Below are positions 25,801 to 40,266 of a DNA stretch of 64,000 nt, in pieces. A program made the position numbers and the translations under genes. Position 1 is the stretch's first letter, and the number at the start of each line of letters is the position of its first letter. Where the stretch lies: assembly GCA_052327205.1 (NCBI GenBank), contig CM126207.1, positions 151,776,001 through 151,840,000 on the forward strand. The letters are read 5' to 3'. The notes under the pieces were generated by a model. The model was not told where the DNA came from and ran no database searches. It saw only the letters and a program-made list of their open reading frames with translations. Origin of the DNA: Somniosus microcephalus (lineage: Eukaryota).

Positions 25801-28800
25801 CTCTGATCAGACTGTATGATGCTCTGATCAGACTGCACGCCACTGTGATCAGAATGTACGCTGCTCCGATCAGACTGTATGATAATCAGATCAGAATTTA
25901 CGATGCTCTGATCAGACTGTACAAAGTTCTGATCAGGTTGTACGCTGCTCTGATTAGACTGTATGCTGCTTCGTTCAGAATGTACACTGCCCTGATCAGA
26001 CTGTAGAGTGCTCCGATCAGACTGCACTGCCCTCCAATCAGACTGTACAGTGCTCTGATCAGAATATACACTGCTCCGATCAGAATGTTCGCTCAGCCGA
26101 TCAGACTGTATGCTGCTCCGATCAGACTATACGATGCTCCGATCAGACTGTATGGTACTCCGAACAGAATGTATGGTGCTCTGATCAGACTGTACGTACA
26201 TTGCTCTGATCAGACTGTACACTGCTCTGATCAGACTGTATGCTGCTCCGATCACATTGTACAGTGCTCTGATCAGACTGTTCGTTGCTCTAATCAGACT
26301 GTATGATGCTCTGATCAGACTGTAAGGTGCTCTGATCAAACTGTACATGACATGATCTGACTGTACGCTGCTCTGATCAGACTGTACGCTGCTCTGATCA
26401 GAATTTACAGTTCTCTGATCAGGCTGTACGCAATTCCGATCAGAATGTATGCTGCTCCGATCACACTGTATGGTGCACTCATCAGAATGTGTGATGCTCT
26501 GATCAGACTGTACGCTGCCCCCATCAGTCTGTAAGCTGCTGCGATCAGACTGTACAGTGCTCCGAACAGATTGTACACAGCTCCGATCAGTCTGTAAGCT
26601 GCTCTAATCAGACTGTAAGCTGCTCTGATGAGATTGTACACTGCTCCATTCAGACTGTGCGCTGCTCTGATCAGACTGTACAGTGCTCCGATCAGAATGT
26701 ACTGTCCTCCAATCAGACTGTACGCTGCTCCGATCAGACTGTACGATGCTCAGATCAGACTGTATGGTACTCCGAACAGACAGTACACTGCCCTGATCTG
26801 ACTGTACGTACGTTGCTCTCATCAGACTGTACGCTGCTCTGATGAGACTGTATGCTGCTCTATTCAGACTGTACGGTGCACTGATCAGACTGTTCGTTGC
26901 TCAGATCAGACCGTTTGTTGCTCTGACCAGAATGTAAGATGCTCTGATCAAACTGTACATGCTCTGATCAGACTGTACGCTGCACTGATTAGACAGTACG
27001 ATGCTCCGATCAAACTGTACGCTGCTGCGAACAGACTGTATGTTTCTCTGATCAGAATGTACAATGCACTGATCAGACTGTAGTCTGCTCTGATTAGAAT
27101 GTACGAGGCTCTGTTCAGAATGTACACTGCTCTGTTCAGACTGTACGCTTCTCAGATCAGATTATATGCTGCTGTGACCAGACTGTCCGCTGCTCTGATC
27201 AGACTCTACGGTGCTCCGAACAGACTGTACGCTGCTCTATCAAAATTTATGCTGCTCTGTTCAGACAATACGATGCTCTGATCAGACTGCATGCTGCTCA
27301 GATCAGAATGTACGATGCTCTGATCAGTCTGTATGTAGCTCAGATCAGACTGTACGCTGCACTAGTCAGACAGTACGATGCTCCAATCAAACTGTACGCT
27401 GCTGCGAACAGACTGTATGGTTCTCTGATCAGAATGTACAATTCACTGACCAGACTGTACGCTGCTCTGTTCAGTTTAGATGCTGCCCTGATCAGACAGT
27501 ACGGTGCTCCTAACAGACTGTACACTGCTCTATTAAAATGTATGCTGCTCTGTTCAGACAGTACCATGCTCTGATCAGACTGTACGCTGCTCAGATCAGA
27601 ATGTACTTTGCTCTGATCAGACTGTACAAAGCTCAGTTCAGACTGTACGCTGCTCTGATCAGAAGATATGCTGCTCTGATCAGACTGTACGCTACTCATA
27701 TTACACTTTGTGCTTCTCTGATCAGGCAGTACGATGCTCCGATCAAAGTGTACGATGCTGTGAACAGATTGTATGATTCTCTGATCAGAATGTACAAATC
27801 ACTGATCAGACTGTAGTCTGCTCTGAGCAGAATGTAAGAGCCTCTGTTCAGACTGTACGCTGCTATGTTCAGACTGTACGCTGCTCGGTTCAGATTATAT
27901 GCTGCTCTGATCAGACGGTACGCTGCTCTGATCAGACGGTACGCTGCTCTGATCAGACGGTATGCTGCTCTGTTCAGACAGTACGATGCTCAACTCAGAA
28001 TGTACTTTGCTCTGATCAGGCTGTACAAAGCTCAGATCAGACTGTACGCTGCTCTGATCAGACGGTATGCTGCTCTGATCAGACTGTACGCTGCTCATAT
28101 TAAACTGTGGGCTTCTCTGATGTGACGGTACTGTGCTCCGATCAAACTGTACGATGCTGTGATCAGACTGTACGATGTTCTGATCAGAATATACGATGCT
28201 GTGATCAGACTGTACGATGCTCTGATCAGTGAGTATGGTGCTCTGATCAGACTGTACGTACGTTGCTCTGATCAAACTGTATGAAGCTCATATCAGACTG
28301 TACGCTGCTCTGATCAGATGGTACGCTTCTCTGATCAGACTGTATGCTGCTCATATTAGACTGTGGGCTGCTCTGATCTGACTGTACGGTGCTCCAATCA
28401 AACTGTACAATGCTGTGATCAGACTGTACAATGCTCTGATCAGAATATACGATGCTGCGATCAGACAGTACGGTGCTCTGATTAGACGGTATGCAGCTCT
28501 GATCAGACTGTACATTGATCTGATCAGACTGTACATGCTCATATCAGACGGTACGCTGTTCTGATCAGACTGTACTCTGGTCTGATCAAATTGTACAGTG
28601 CGCTGACCAGGCTGTACACTGCTCAGATCAGACTGTATGCTGATCCATTCAGACAGTACGGTGCTCCGATCCAACTGTACTGTCCTCCAATCAGACTGTA
28701 CAATGCTCTGATCAGAATGTACACTGCTCCGATTAGAAAGTGCACAAATCTGATCCGACTGTACGCTGTTCAGATCAGAATGTACGATGCACTGATCAGA

Positions 28801-31800
28801 CTGTATGAAGCTCTGATCAGACTGTACGCTGCTCTGATCAGACTGTACAGTGCTCCGATCAGACTGCATGCTGCTCCATTCAGGCAGTACGCTGCTCTGC
28901 TCAGACTGTACAGTGCTCCGTTCTGAATGTACAGGCCTCCAATCAGACTGTATAGTGCTCTGATCAGAATGTACACTGCTCCGAATAGAAAGTACGTGGA
29001 TCCGATCAGACAGTATGCTGCTCCGTACAGACTGTATGATGCTCTGATCAGACTGTACGATGCTGTGATCAGTCTGTACGATGTTCTGTTCAGAATGTAC
29101 GATGCTGTGATCAAACTGTACGATACTCCGATCAGACTGTACAGTGCTCTGATCAGACTGTACATGCTTTGATCCGACTGGACGCTGCTCTGATCAGACT
29201 GTACAAAGCTCCGATCAAACTGTATGCTGCTGCGAACAGACTGTACAATGCACTGATCAGACAGTAGTCTGCTCTGGTCAGAATGTACGAGGCTCTGTTC
29301 AGACTTTACGCTGCTCTGTTCAGACTGTATGCTGCTCTGTTCAGACTGTATGATGGCCTGATCAGACTGTACGCAGCTCTGATCATACTGTATGCTGCGC
29401 CCATCAGTCTGTAAGCTGCTATGATTAGACTGAGCGGTGAGCCGAACAGATGGTACTCAGCTCCGATCAGTCTGTAAGTTCCTCTATTCAGACTGTACAG
29501 TGCTCCGATTGGACTGTTCGCTGGCCTGATCAAACTGTACAGCGCACCATTCAGACTGTATGCTGCTCCTATCAGACTGTACGATGCTCTGATCAGATTG
29601 TATGATGCTCTGATCAGACTGGACAGTGCTCCGATCAGGCTGTACCATCCTACAATCAGACTGTACATTGCTCTGATCAGACTGTACGATGCTCCGATCA
29701 GAATGTAAGTATCTCAGATCAGACTGTCCGGTGTTCTGTTAAGAATGTTTGGTTCTCTGATCAGACATTAAGATGCTCTGCTCAGACTGCACGCCACTGT
29801 GATCAGACTGTACGCTGCTCCGATCAGACTGTACGATAATCAGATCAGAATTTACGATGCTCTGATCAGACTGTACAATGCTCAGATCAGACTGTACGCT
29901 GCTCCGATCAGACGGTACGCTGCTCTGAGCAGACTGTACGCTGCTCATAATAGACTGTGGGCTACTATGATCTGACTGTACGGAGCTCTTGTCTGACTGT
30001 ATTGTTATCAGATCAGACTATACACCGCTCATATCAGACTGTCCGCTGCTCCGATCAGAATGTACTCTGGTCTGATCAGACTGTATGGTGCTCTGATCAG
30101 ACTGCTCGATACTCAGATCAGACTGTACACTGCTCTGATCAGACTGTACTGTGCTCTGAACAGACTGTGCGTTTCTCTGAACAGAGCGTACGATGCTCTG
30201 ATCAGACGTTATAATGCTCCCATCTGACTGTAAGCTGCTCTGACCAGGCTGTACGGTTCCCCGATCAGACTGTACGGTGCTCTGATCAGAATGTAAGCTG
30301 CTCTGATAGACTGTACAGTGCTCTGATCAGACTGTATGGTGCTCTGATCAGATTTCATGCTGCTCCGAACAGGCTGCATGTTTCTCTGATCAGACAGTAC
30401 GCTGCTCCAATCAGAATGCAAGCTGCTTTGATCAGACTGTACGCAGCACTGATCAGACTGTATGGTGCACTGATCAGACTGTACGGTGCTCCGATCATAC
30501 TGTACCTTGCTCTTGTCAGACTGCACGCTGCTCTGATCAGACTGTACGGTTCTCCTATCAGGCTGTACGCTGCTCTGATCAGATTGTACGCTTCTCCAAT
30601 CAGACTGTACGCTGCTCCGATTAGACTGTATGGTGCACTGATCAGAATGTATGATGCTCTGATCAGACTGTACGCTGCCACCATCAGTCTGTAGGCTGCT
30701 GCGATCAGACTGTACGGTGCTCTGCACAGATTGTACGCAGCTCCGATGAGTCTGTAAGCTGCTTTAATCAGAATGTACGCTGCTCTGATCAGACGGTACG
30801 CTGCTCTGATCAGACTGTACGCTGCTCATATTCAACTGTGGGCTGCTCTGATTTGACTGTACGGAGCTATGATCAGATTGTATGGCGCTCAGATCAGACT
30901 GTACGCTGCTCATATCAGACTGTACGCTGCTCTGATCAGAATGTACTGTCCTGCAATCACACTGTATAGTGCTCTGATCAGAATGTACACTGCTCCAATC
31001 AGAAAGTTAGTTGATCTGCTCCGATCAGACTGTCCGATGCTCAGATCAGACTGTATGGCTCTCCGAACAGACTGTATGCTGCTCTAATCAGAATGTAGGT
31101 ACGTTGCTCTCATCTGACTGTACGCTGCTCTGATATGACTGTACGCTGCTCTATTCAAACTGTACGGTGCACTGATCAGACTGTTTGTTGCTCAGATCAG
31201 GCTGTTTGCTGCTCTGATCAGACTGTATAGTGCTCTGATCAAACTGTACATGCCCTGATCCGACTGTATGCTGCACTGATCAGACAGTACGATGCTCCGA
31301 TCAATCTGTACGCTGCTGCGAACAGACTGTATGATTATCTGATCAGATTGTACAATGCACTGATCAGACTGTAGTCTGCTCTGATTAGAATGTACGAGGC
31401 TCTGTTCAGAATGTACACTGCTCTGTTCAGACTGTACGCTTCTCAGATCAGATTATATGCTGCTGTGACCAGACTGTCCGCTGCTCTGATCAGACTCTAC
31501 GGTGCTCCGAACAGACTGTACGCTGCTCTATCAAAATTTATGCTGCTCTGTTCAGACAATACGATGCTCTGATCAGACTGCATGCTGCTCAGATCAGAAT
31601 GTACAATGCTCTGATCAGTCTGTATGTAGCTCAGATCAGACTGTACGCTGCACTAGTCAGACAGTACGATGCTCCAATCAAACTGTACGCTGCTGCGAAC
31701 AGACTGTATGATTCTCTGATCAGAATGTACAATTCACTGACCAGACTGTACGCTGCTCTGTTCAGTTTAGATGCTGCCCTGATCAGACAGTACGGTGCTC

Positions 31801-34800
31801 CTAACAGACTGTACACTGCTCTATTAAAATGTATGCTGCTCTGTTCAGACAGTACCATGCTCTGATCAGACTGTACGCTGCTCAGATCAGAATGTACTTT
31901 GCTCTGATCAGACTGTACAAAGCTCAGTTCAGACTGTACGCTGCTCTGATCAGAAGATATGCTGCTCTGATCAGACTGTACGCTACTCATATTACACTGT
32001 GTGCTTCTCTGATCAGACAGTACGATGCTCCGATCAAAATGTACGATGCTACGAACAGACTGTATGATTCTCTGATCAGAATGTACAATTCACTGATCAG
32101 ACTGTAGTCTGCTCTGAGCAGAATGTAAGAGCCTCTGTTCAGACTGTATGCTGCTCTGTTCAGACTGTACGCTGCTCTGTTCAGATTATATGCTGCTCTG
32201 ATCAGACAGTACGCTGCTCTGATCGAATGGTACGCTGCTCTGATCAGATGGTACGCTGCTCTGTTCAGAGAGTACGATGCTCAGATCAGAATGTACTTTG
32301 CTCTGATCAGACTGTACAAAGCTCAGATCAGACTGTACGCTGCTCTGATCAGACGGTATGCTGCTCTGATCAGACTGTACGCTGCTCATATTACACTGTG
32401 GGCTTCTCTGATCAGGCAGTACGATGCTCCGATCAAAGTGTACGATGCTGTGAACAGATTGTATGATTCTCTGATCAGAATGTACAAATCACTGATCAGA
32501 CTGTAGTCTGCTCTGAGCAGAATGTAAGAGCCTCTGTTCAGACTGTACGCTGCTATGTTCAGACTGTATGCTGCTCGGTTCAGATTATATGCTGCTCTGA
32601 TCAGACGGTACGCTGCTCTGATCAGACGGTATGCTGCTCTGTTCAGACAGTACGATGCTCAACTCAGAATGTACTTTGCTCTGATCAGACAGTACAAAGC
32701 TCAGATCGCACTGTACGCTGCTCTGATCAGACGGTATGCTGCTCTGATCAGACTGTACGCTGCTCATATTACACTTTGGCTTCTCTGATGTGACGGTACT
32801 GTGCTCCGATCAAACTGTACGATGCTGTGATCAGACTGTACGATGCTCTGATCAGAATATACGATGCTGTGATCAGAATGTACGATGCTCTGATCAGTGA
32901 GTATGGTGCTCTGATCAGACTGTACGTACGTTGCTCTGATCAAACTGTATGAAGCTCACATCAGACTGTACGCTGCTCTGATCAGACGGCACGCTTCTCT
33001 GATCAGACTGTATGCTGCTCATATTAGACTGTGGGCTGCTCTGATCTGACTGTACGGTGCTCCAATCAAACTGTACAATGCTGTGATCAGACTGTACGAT
33101 GCTCTGATCAGAATATACGATGCTGCGATCAGCCAGTACGGTGCTCTGATTAGACGGTATGCCGCTCTGATCAGACTGTACAGTGGTCTAATCAGACTGT
33201 ACATGCTCATATCAGACGGTACGCTGTTCTGATCAGACTGTACTCTGGTCTGATCAAATTGTACGGTGCGCTGACCAGGCTGTACACTGCTCAGATCAGA
33301 CTGTATGCTGATCCATTCAGACAGTACGGTGCTCTAATCCGACTGTACTGTCCTCCAATCAGACTGTACAATGCTCTGATCAGAATGTACACTGCTCCGA
33401 TTAGAAAGTGCACAAATCTGATACGACTGTACGCTGTTCAGATCAGAATGTACGATGCACTGATCAGACTGTACGAAGCTCTGATCAGACTGTACGCTGC
33501 TCTGATCAGACTGTACAGTGCTCCGATCAGACTGCATGCTGCTCCATTCAGGCAGTACGCTGCTCTGCTCAGACTGTACAGTGCTCCGTTCAGAATGTAC
33601 AGTCCTCCAATCAGACTGTATAGTGCTCTGATCAGAATGTACACTGCTCCGAATAGAAAGTACGTGAATCCGATCAGACACTATGCTGCTCCGTACAGAC
33701 TGTATGATGCTCTGATCAGACTGTACGATGCTGTGATCAGTCTGTACGATGTTCTGTTCAGAATGTACGATGCTGTGATCAAACTGTACGATACTCCGAT
33801 CAGACTGTACAGTGCTCTGATCAGACTGTACATGCTTTGATCCGGCTGGACGCTGCTCTGATCAGACTGTACAAAGCTCCGATCAAACTGTATGCTGCTG
33901 CGAACAGACTGTACAATGCACTGATCAGACAGTAGTCTGCTCTGGTCAGAATGTACGAGGCTCTGTTCAGACTTTACGCTGCTCTGTTCAGACTGTACGC
34001 TGCTCTGTTCAGACTGTATGATGGTCTGATCAGAATGTACGCAGCTCTGATCATACTGTATGCTGCGCCCATCAGTCTGTAAGCTGCTGTGATTAGACTG
34101 AACGGTGCACCGAACAGATGGTACTCAGCTCCGATCAGTCTGTAAGTTCCTCTATTCAGACTGTACAGTGCTCCGATTGGACTGTTCGCTGGCCTGATCA
34201 AACTGTACAGTGCACCGTTCAGACTGTATGCTGCTCCGATCAGACTGTACGATGCTCCGATCAGATTGTATGATGCTCTGATCAGACTGGACAGTGCTCC
34301 GATCAGGCTGTACCATCCTACATTCAGACTGTACATTGCTCTGATCAGACTGTACGATGCTCCGATCAGAATGTAAGTATCGCAGATCAGACTGTCCGGT
34401 GTTCTGTTAAGAGTGTTTGGTTCTCTGATCAGACTGTAAGATGCTCTGATCAGACTGCACGCCACTGTGATCAGACTGTACGCTGCTCCGATCAGACTGT
34501 ACGATAATCAGATCAGAATTTACGATGCTCTGATCAGACTGTACAATGCTCAGATCAGACTGTACGCTGCTCCGATCAGACGGTACGCTGCTCTGAGCAG
34601 ACTGTACGCTGCTCATAATAGACTGTGGGCTGCTATGATCTGACTGTACGGAGCTCTTGTCTGACTGTATCGTTATCAGATCAGACTGTACGCCGCTCAT
34701 ATCAGACTGTCCGCTGCTCCGATCAGAATGTTCTCTGGTCTGATCAGACTGTATGGTGCTCTGATCAGACTGCTCGATACTCAGATCAGACTGTACACTG

Positions 34801-37800
34801 CTCTGATCAGACTGTACCGTGCTCTGAACAGACTGTGCGTTTCTCTGAACAGTCCGTACGATGCTCTGATCAGACGTTACAATGCTCCCATCTGACTGTA
34901 CGCTGCTCTGACCAGGCTGTACGGTTTCCCGACCAGACTGTACGGTGCTCTGATCAGAATATAAGCAGCTCTGATAGACTGTACAGTGCTCTGATCAGAC
35001 TGTGTGGTGCTCTGATCAGATTTCATGCTGCTCGGAACAGGCTGCATGTTTCTCTGATCAGACTGTACGCTGCTCCAATCAGAATGTAAGCTGCTCTGAT
35101 CAGACTGTACGCTACACTGATCAGACTGTATGGTGCACTGATCAGACTGTACGGTGCTCCGATCATACTGTACCTTGCTCTTGTCAGACTGCACGCTGCT
35201 CTGATCAGACTGTACGGTTCTCCTATCAGGCTGTACGCTGCTCTGATCAGATTGTACGCTTCTCCAATCAGACTGTACGCTGCTCCGATTAGACTGTATG
35301 GTGCTCCGATCAGACTGTACGCTGGTCTGATCAAACTGTATGGTGCTCTGATCAGACAATACGCTGCTCCAATCAGACGTTACGCTGCGCTGATCAGACT
35401 GTACGCTGTTCCGATCAGACTGTATGCTGCTCTGATCAGACAGTACGATGTGCTGATCAGACTGTATGTTTCACTGATCAGACTGTAAGGTTCATGATCA
35501 GACTGTATGATGCTCTGGTCAGACTGTACATGTGCGGACCAGACTGTACACTGCTCTGAGCACACTGTACGTTGCTCCGATCAGAATGTATGATACTCTG
35601 CTCAGACAGTACGATGCTCTGATCAGACTGTACACTGCTCTGATCAGAATGTATGCTGCTCTGATCAGGACGGACGATGATCTGTTCAGAATGTACGCTG
35701 CTCTGATGAGACTGTACGCTGCTCTGTTCAGACTGTACGCTAGCCTGATCAGACTGTATGCTGCTCATATCAGACTGTTTGATGCTCTGATCAGAATGTA
35801 CAATGCTTTGATCAGACTGAACGGTGCTCTGATCAGACTGTACAGTTCTCCGATCGGAGAGTACGATGCTCTATTCAGAATGTACAATGCTCTGATCCGA
35901 TTTTATGCTGCTCTGATCAGACTGTATGGTTCCCCGATCAGACATTACCGTGCTCTGATCAGACTATACTTTTCTCTGACCATAATGTACGGAGCTCTGA
36001 TCAGACTGTAATCTGTTCTGATCAGACTCTATGGTGCTCTTAACAGACTCTACGGTGCTCTGATCAGACTGTACGGAGCTCCGATCTAACTGTACGTTCC
36101 CACAATCAGTCTGTAAGCCGCTGCGATCAGACTGTACGGTGCTCCGGACAGATCGTACGCAGCTCCGATCAGTCTGTAAGCTGCTCTAATTAGACTGTAC
36201 GCTGCTCCGATCAGACTGTACGATGCTCAGATCAGTATGTATGGTTCTCCGAACACAATTTATGGTGCTCTGATCAGACTGTACGTAGGTTGCTATGATC
36301 AGACTGTACCCTGCACTGATCAGACTGTACGCTGCTCTGATCTGACTGTACGATGCTCTGATCAGACTGTATGATGATCTGATCAGACTGTTCGTTTCTC
36401 TAATTAGACTGTACCCTGCTCACATCAGACTGTACGATGCTCAATTCAGACAGTACGCTGCTCTGATCAGACTGTATGCTGCTCTGCTCAGACTGTATGC
36501 TGCTTGATCAGACTGTACGCAGCTCTGATCAGACTGTACGCTGCTCCGATCAGGCAGCACGGTGCTCTGATCAGACTGTACGGTGCTCCAATCAGACTGT
36601 GCGCAGCTCTGATCAGACTGCACAATGCTCTGATCAGACGGTACGCTGCTTGATCACACAGTATGCTACTCATATCAGACTGTACGCTGCTCGGACCAGA
36701 TAGTACGGTGCTTGATGAGACTGTACGCTGCTCTGATCAGAATGCATGCTGTCCCGATCAGACTGTACATGGCTCTGATCAGACTATACGCCGCTCATAT
36801 CAGACTATATGCTGCTCTGATCAGACTGTATGATGCTCCAATCAATCTGTACGCTGGTCTGATCAAACTGTACGCTGCTCCGATCAGTCTGTACACTGAT
36901 CGGAACAGACTTACGCTGCTCTGATCAGTCTGTACGCGGCTCCAATCAGACTGTACGATGCTCTTATCAGACTGTTCGATGTTCAGATCAGACTGTACAC
37001 TGCTCTGATCAGACTGTACAGTTCACTGATCAGACTGTACGGTTCTCCGATCAGACCGTATGATGCTCTGGACAGAATGTACTGTTCCCCAATCCGACTG
37101 TACCGTTCTCTGATCAGGCTGTACGGTTCTCTGATCAGACTGTACGGTGCTCTGATCAGTCTGTAAGCTGCTCTGATCAGACTATACATATCTCTGATCA
37201 GAATGTACGGAGCTCTGATCAGACTGTAAGCTGCTCTTTTCAGACGGTACGGTGCTCTTAACAGACTCTATGGTGCTCTGATCAGACAGTACGGAGCTCC
37301 GATCTAACTGAAAGTTCCCACAATCAGGCTGTAAGCCGCTGCGATCAGACAGTATGGTGCTCCGGACAGATCGTACGCAGCTCCGATCAGTCTGTAAGCT
37401 GCTCTAATCAGACTGTACACTGATCTGATCAGACCTTACGATGCTCAGATCAGAATGTATAGTTCTCCGAACAAAATTTATGGTGCTCTGATCAGACTGT
37501 ACGTACATTGCTATGATCAAACTGTACGCTGCACTGATCAGGCTGTACGCTGCTCTGATCAGACTGTACGATGCTCTGATCAGACTGTATGATGCTCTGA
37601 TCAGACTGTTCGTTGCTCTGATTAGACTGTACCCTGCTCAGATCAGACTGTACGATGCTCAATTCAGACAGTACGCTGCTGTGACCAGACTGTACGCTCC
37701 TCTGCACAGACTATATGCTGCTTGATCAGACTGTACGCAGCTCTGATCAGACTGTACGCTGCTCCGATCAGGCAGCACGGTGCTCTGATCAGACTGTACG

Positions 37801-38425
37801 GTGCTCCGATCAAACTGTGCGCAGCTCTGATCAGACTGCACAATGCTCTGATCAGACTGTACGCTGCTTGATCACACAGTAGGCTACTCATATCAGACTG
37901 TACGCTGCTCGGACCAGATAGTACGGTGTTTGATGAGACTGTACGCTGCTCTGAACAGAATGTATGCTGTTCCGATCAGACTGTACATGGCTCTGATCAG
38001 ACTATACGCCGCTCATATCAGACTATACGCTGCTCTGATCAGACTGTATGGTGCTCCGATCAATCTGTACGCTGGTCTGATCAAACTGTACGCTGCTCCG
38101 ATCAGTCTGTACGCTGATCGGAACAGGCTTACGCTGCTCTGATCAGTCTGTACGCGGCTCCAATCAGACTGTACGATGCTCTTATCAGACTGTTCGATGT
38201 TCAGATCAGAATGTACACTGCTCTGATCAGAATGTACGGTTCTCTGATCAGACTGTACGGTTCTCCGATCAGACCATACGATGCTCTGAACAGACTGTAC
38301 TGTTCCCTGATCCGACTGTACCATTCTCTGATCAGGCTGTATGGTTCTCTGATCAGACTGTACGGTGCTCTGATCAGGCTGTAAGCTGCTCTGATCAGAC
38401 TGTACGGTGCTCTGATCAGACTGTA
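16876..38425. repeat. 21-bp tandem satellite, block 2, with higher-order repeats
   Basis: Same monomer as block 1. Near-identical multi-monomer segments recur with periods of 1794, 1497, 5085, 4291, 4668 and 1218 bp, read from duplicated ORFs in the track. Confidence 0.97.
18765..18979. mobile_element. Short solo LTR (215 bp) in the satellite
   Basis: TGTTG...CAACA inverted termini and imperfect TSD gtaag/gtaaa. Empty sites (gaatgtaagtatctcag) occur in other HOR copies. Confidence 0.75.
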
Positions 38426-38466
38426 TTTATCATAGCCAATCAACCTAACCCGCACATCTTTGGACT
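38426..38466 (-). mobile_element. SINE fragment at the satellite boundary
   Basis: Reverse complement of the SINE core cagtccaaagatgtgcgggttaggttgattggctatgataaa. Confidence 0.75.
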
Positions 38467-38678
38467 GCACCTTCCCTAAGGCCTTCACATCCATCCTAGA
38501 GTGTGCTGCCCAGAATTGGAAGCAGTACTCCAGTTGGGGTCGAGCCAGTGTTTTTTACAGGTTCATCATTTCCACACTTTTGTACTCTATACCACCATTC
38601 ATGAAGCCCAAGATCCCATAAGAATTTTCAAATGCTTTCTCAACCTGGCCTACCACCTTCAACGATTTGTGCACACAT
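38467..38678 (-). mobile_element. CR1 LINE fragment (continues at 44412-44670)
   Basis: Minus-strand CR1 ORF2 C-terminal-like sequence (LEYCFQFWAAH..MDVKALGKVQ). It joins the 44412 segment across the LINE insertion. Confidence 0.65.
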
Positions 38679-39573
38679 TTGGGGGCTTGTGCCAAAATTG
38701 GGAGAGCTGTCCCACAGACTAGTCAAGCAACAGCCTGACATAGTCATAATTACCGAATCATACCTTACAACCAATGTCCCAGACACCACCATCACCATCC
38801 CTGGGTATGTCCTGTCCCACCGGCAGGACAGACCCACCACAGGCGGTGGCACCGTGGTATACAGTCGGAAGGGAGTAGCCCTGGGAGTCCTCAACATTGA
38901 CTCAGGACCCCATGAGGTCTCATGGCATCAAGTCAAACATGGGCAAGGAAACCTCCTGCTAATTACTGTTATGTTCATTAATAACTAAACATTCTTATTA
39001 TGAACACAGCTAGCTTTTGCTAGTTACTTTATTGAGCCATGTGGACTAGGTACAGCATCTTGTAGAGATGCAGCATTGTGCCATCTTGACTGTTGCCTTC
39101 TGGGTAGCCTAGCCTCATGGGTAATGTAGTCTAAATATATATATAGCTGGGTAGTGTAGTTTTATAAATACAGCTCTATACAGCCGCACTGCTCCACCTA
39201 GTGTCCACCACAGAATGACATGCTAGTGATCACTGCATCCCCCTTTCTTTGGAGGTTTAACAAAATCAATATCAATCAACTTTCAAGAAAACAATAAAGA
39301 TAATATCAGTAACAATTTTGTTAGTGCTCTATAAACATAAACATTTTCAAAACAGTCACCACATTTTCAAAGCTTTACATTGTACTCAAAGATTAAGTCT
39401 ATCAGGCTCTTTTACTTCACGTGTGGATCTTCACAACATGGGTAAGTCTGATGTGTCTTCATGAGATTGTTCTGGTGGTGAATGACAAGATGCAGTTGCG
39501 GCATTGTCATCAATCTGCTCTTGTATAGATCGAGGTCTCCTTGCGATCTTTGCTTGGAGAGGGTTTCAGTGTT

Positions 39574-39979
39574 TCCTTCACTCTTCATGCCATAACTCTC
39601 AATGTAGTCAATGCACTCTCGAAAAACTGCTGGCAGCTGGATCCCATCATTCAGCATAGTCCTCTCAGCAGCCTCGGCTAATGGAACACCAAAGATTGGC
39701 CTGAGGGAAGAAGGAGTATCCACCGGAACTGCTTCCTGCTCTGCTGCAGGCTTCTTCTTTTTCTTTTTCTCTTTCCACTGCTTAACAACATCTGCTGCGG
39801 TTATATCTTTGGACTTTTCCTCCTTGTGTTTTTCCTCTTTGTGCTTTTCTTCCTTTGGCTTCTCTTTGACCTGAAAGTCTTTTTCTTTCTTCTTGGAGAA
39901 ACTAGGCTTTTTGAAGACATGGATACCCTTTGGCCTTTTCATCCTTGATGGGCTCTCTGCTTCATCACCTGAGTCATCT
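39574..39979 (-). pseudogene. RALBP1: Captured fragment of RalA-binding protein 1 (RLIP76): Lys-rich region and start of the RhoGAP domain
   Basis: Translation DSGDEAESPSRMKRPKGIHVFKKPSFSKKKEKDF...KDITAADVVKQWKEKKKKKK...PIFGVPL...LPAVFRECIDYIESYGMKSEG closely matches vertebrate RALBP1 as I recall it. Confidence 0.9.
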
Positions 39980-40266
39980 GGTCTGCTTATGGCACAGTTT
40001 ATACGGTAGACTCTCTTGACCAGTTCTAAGTCTTCAGAAGCTTTGTCACCTAATAGTGAATCAAGTCTTTCAGCCACAACAGAAAACATGAGATGATGCA
40101 CTTTGTCTTTGACTGTAACTTTAAGTCTGCATACATCTAAGCTATCTATTTTCTGTCCATTATAGTTCTTCAGTAGTACTGACTTTTTCTGTATTTTGGG
40201 CTTTTCTTTCATATTGTTAATGTCACTCATACTGATTAAGTTTGCTTTTGTCCCAGTGTCCAGTTT

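Noticed and set aside
362-38324. Many ORFs with heptad repeats (QSDQSSV, LIRLYAA, CSDQTVR)
   Set aside because: By-products of a 21-bp (7-codon) monomer. They occur in most frames on both strands, with scattered stops and frame-breaking indels.
1-38425. CRISPR-like array (palindromic repeat)
   Set aside because: No unique spacers, head-to-tail monomers, no cas genes, and a vertebrate TE context.
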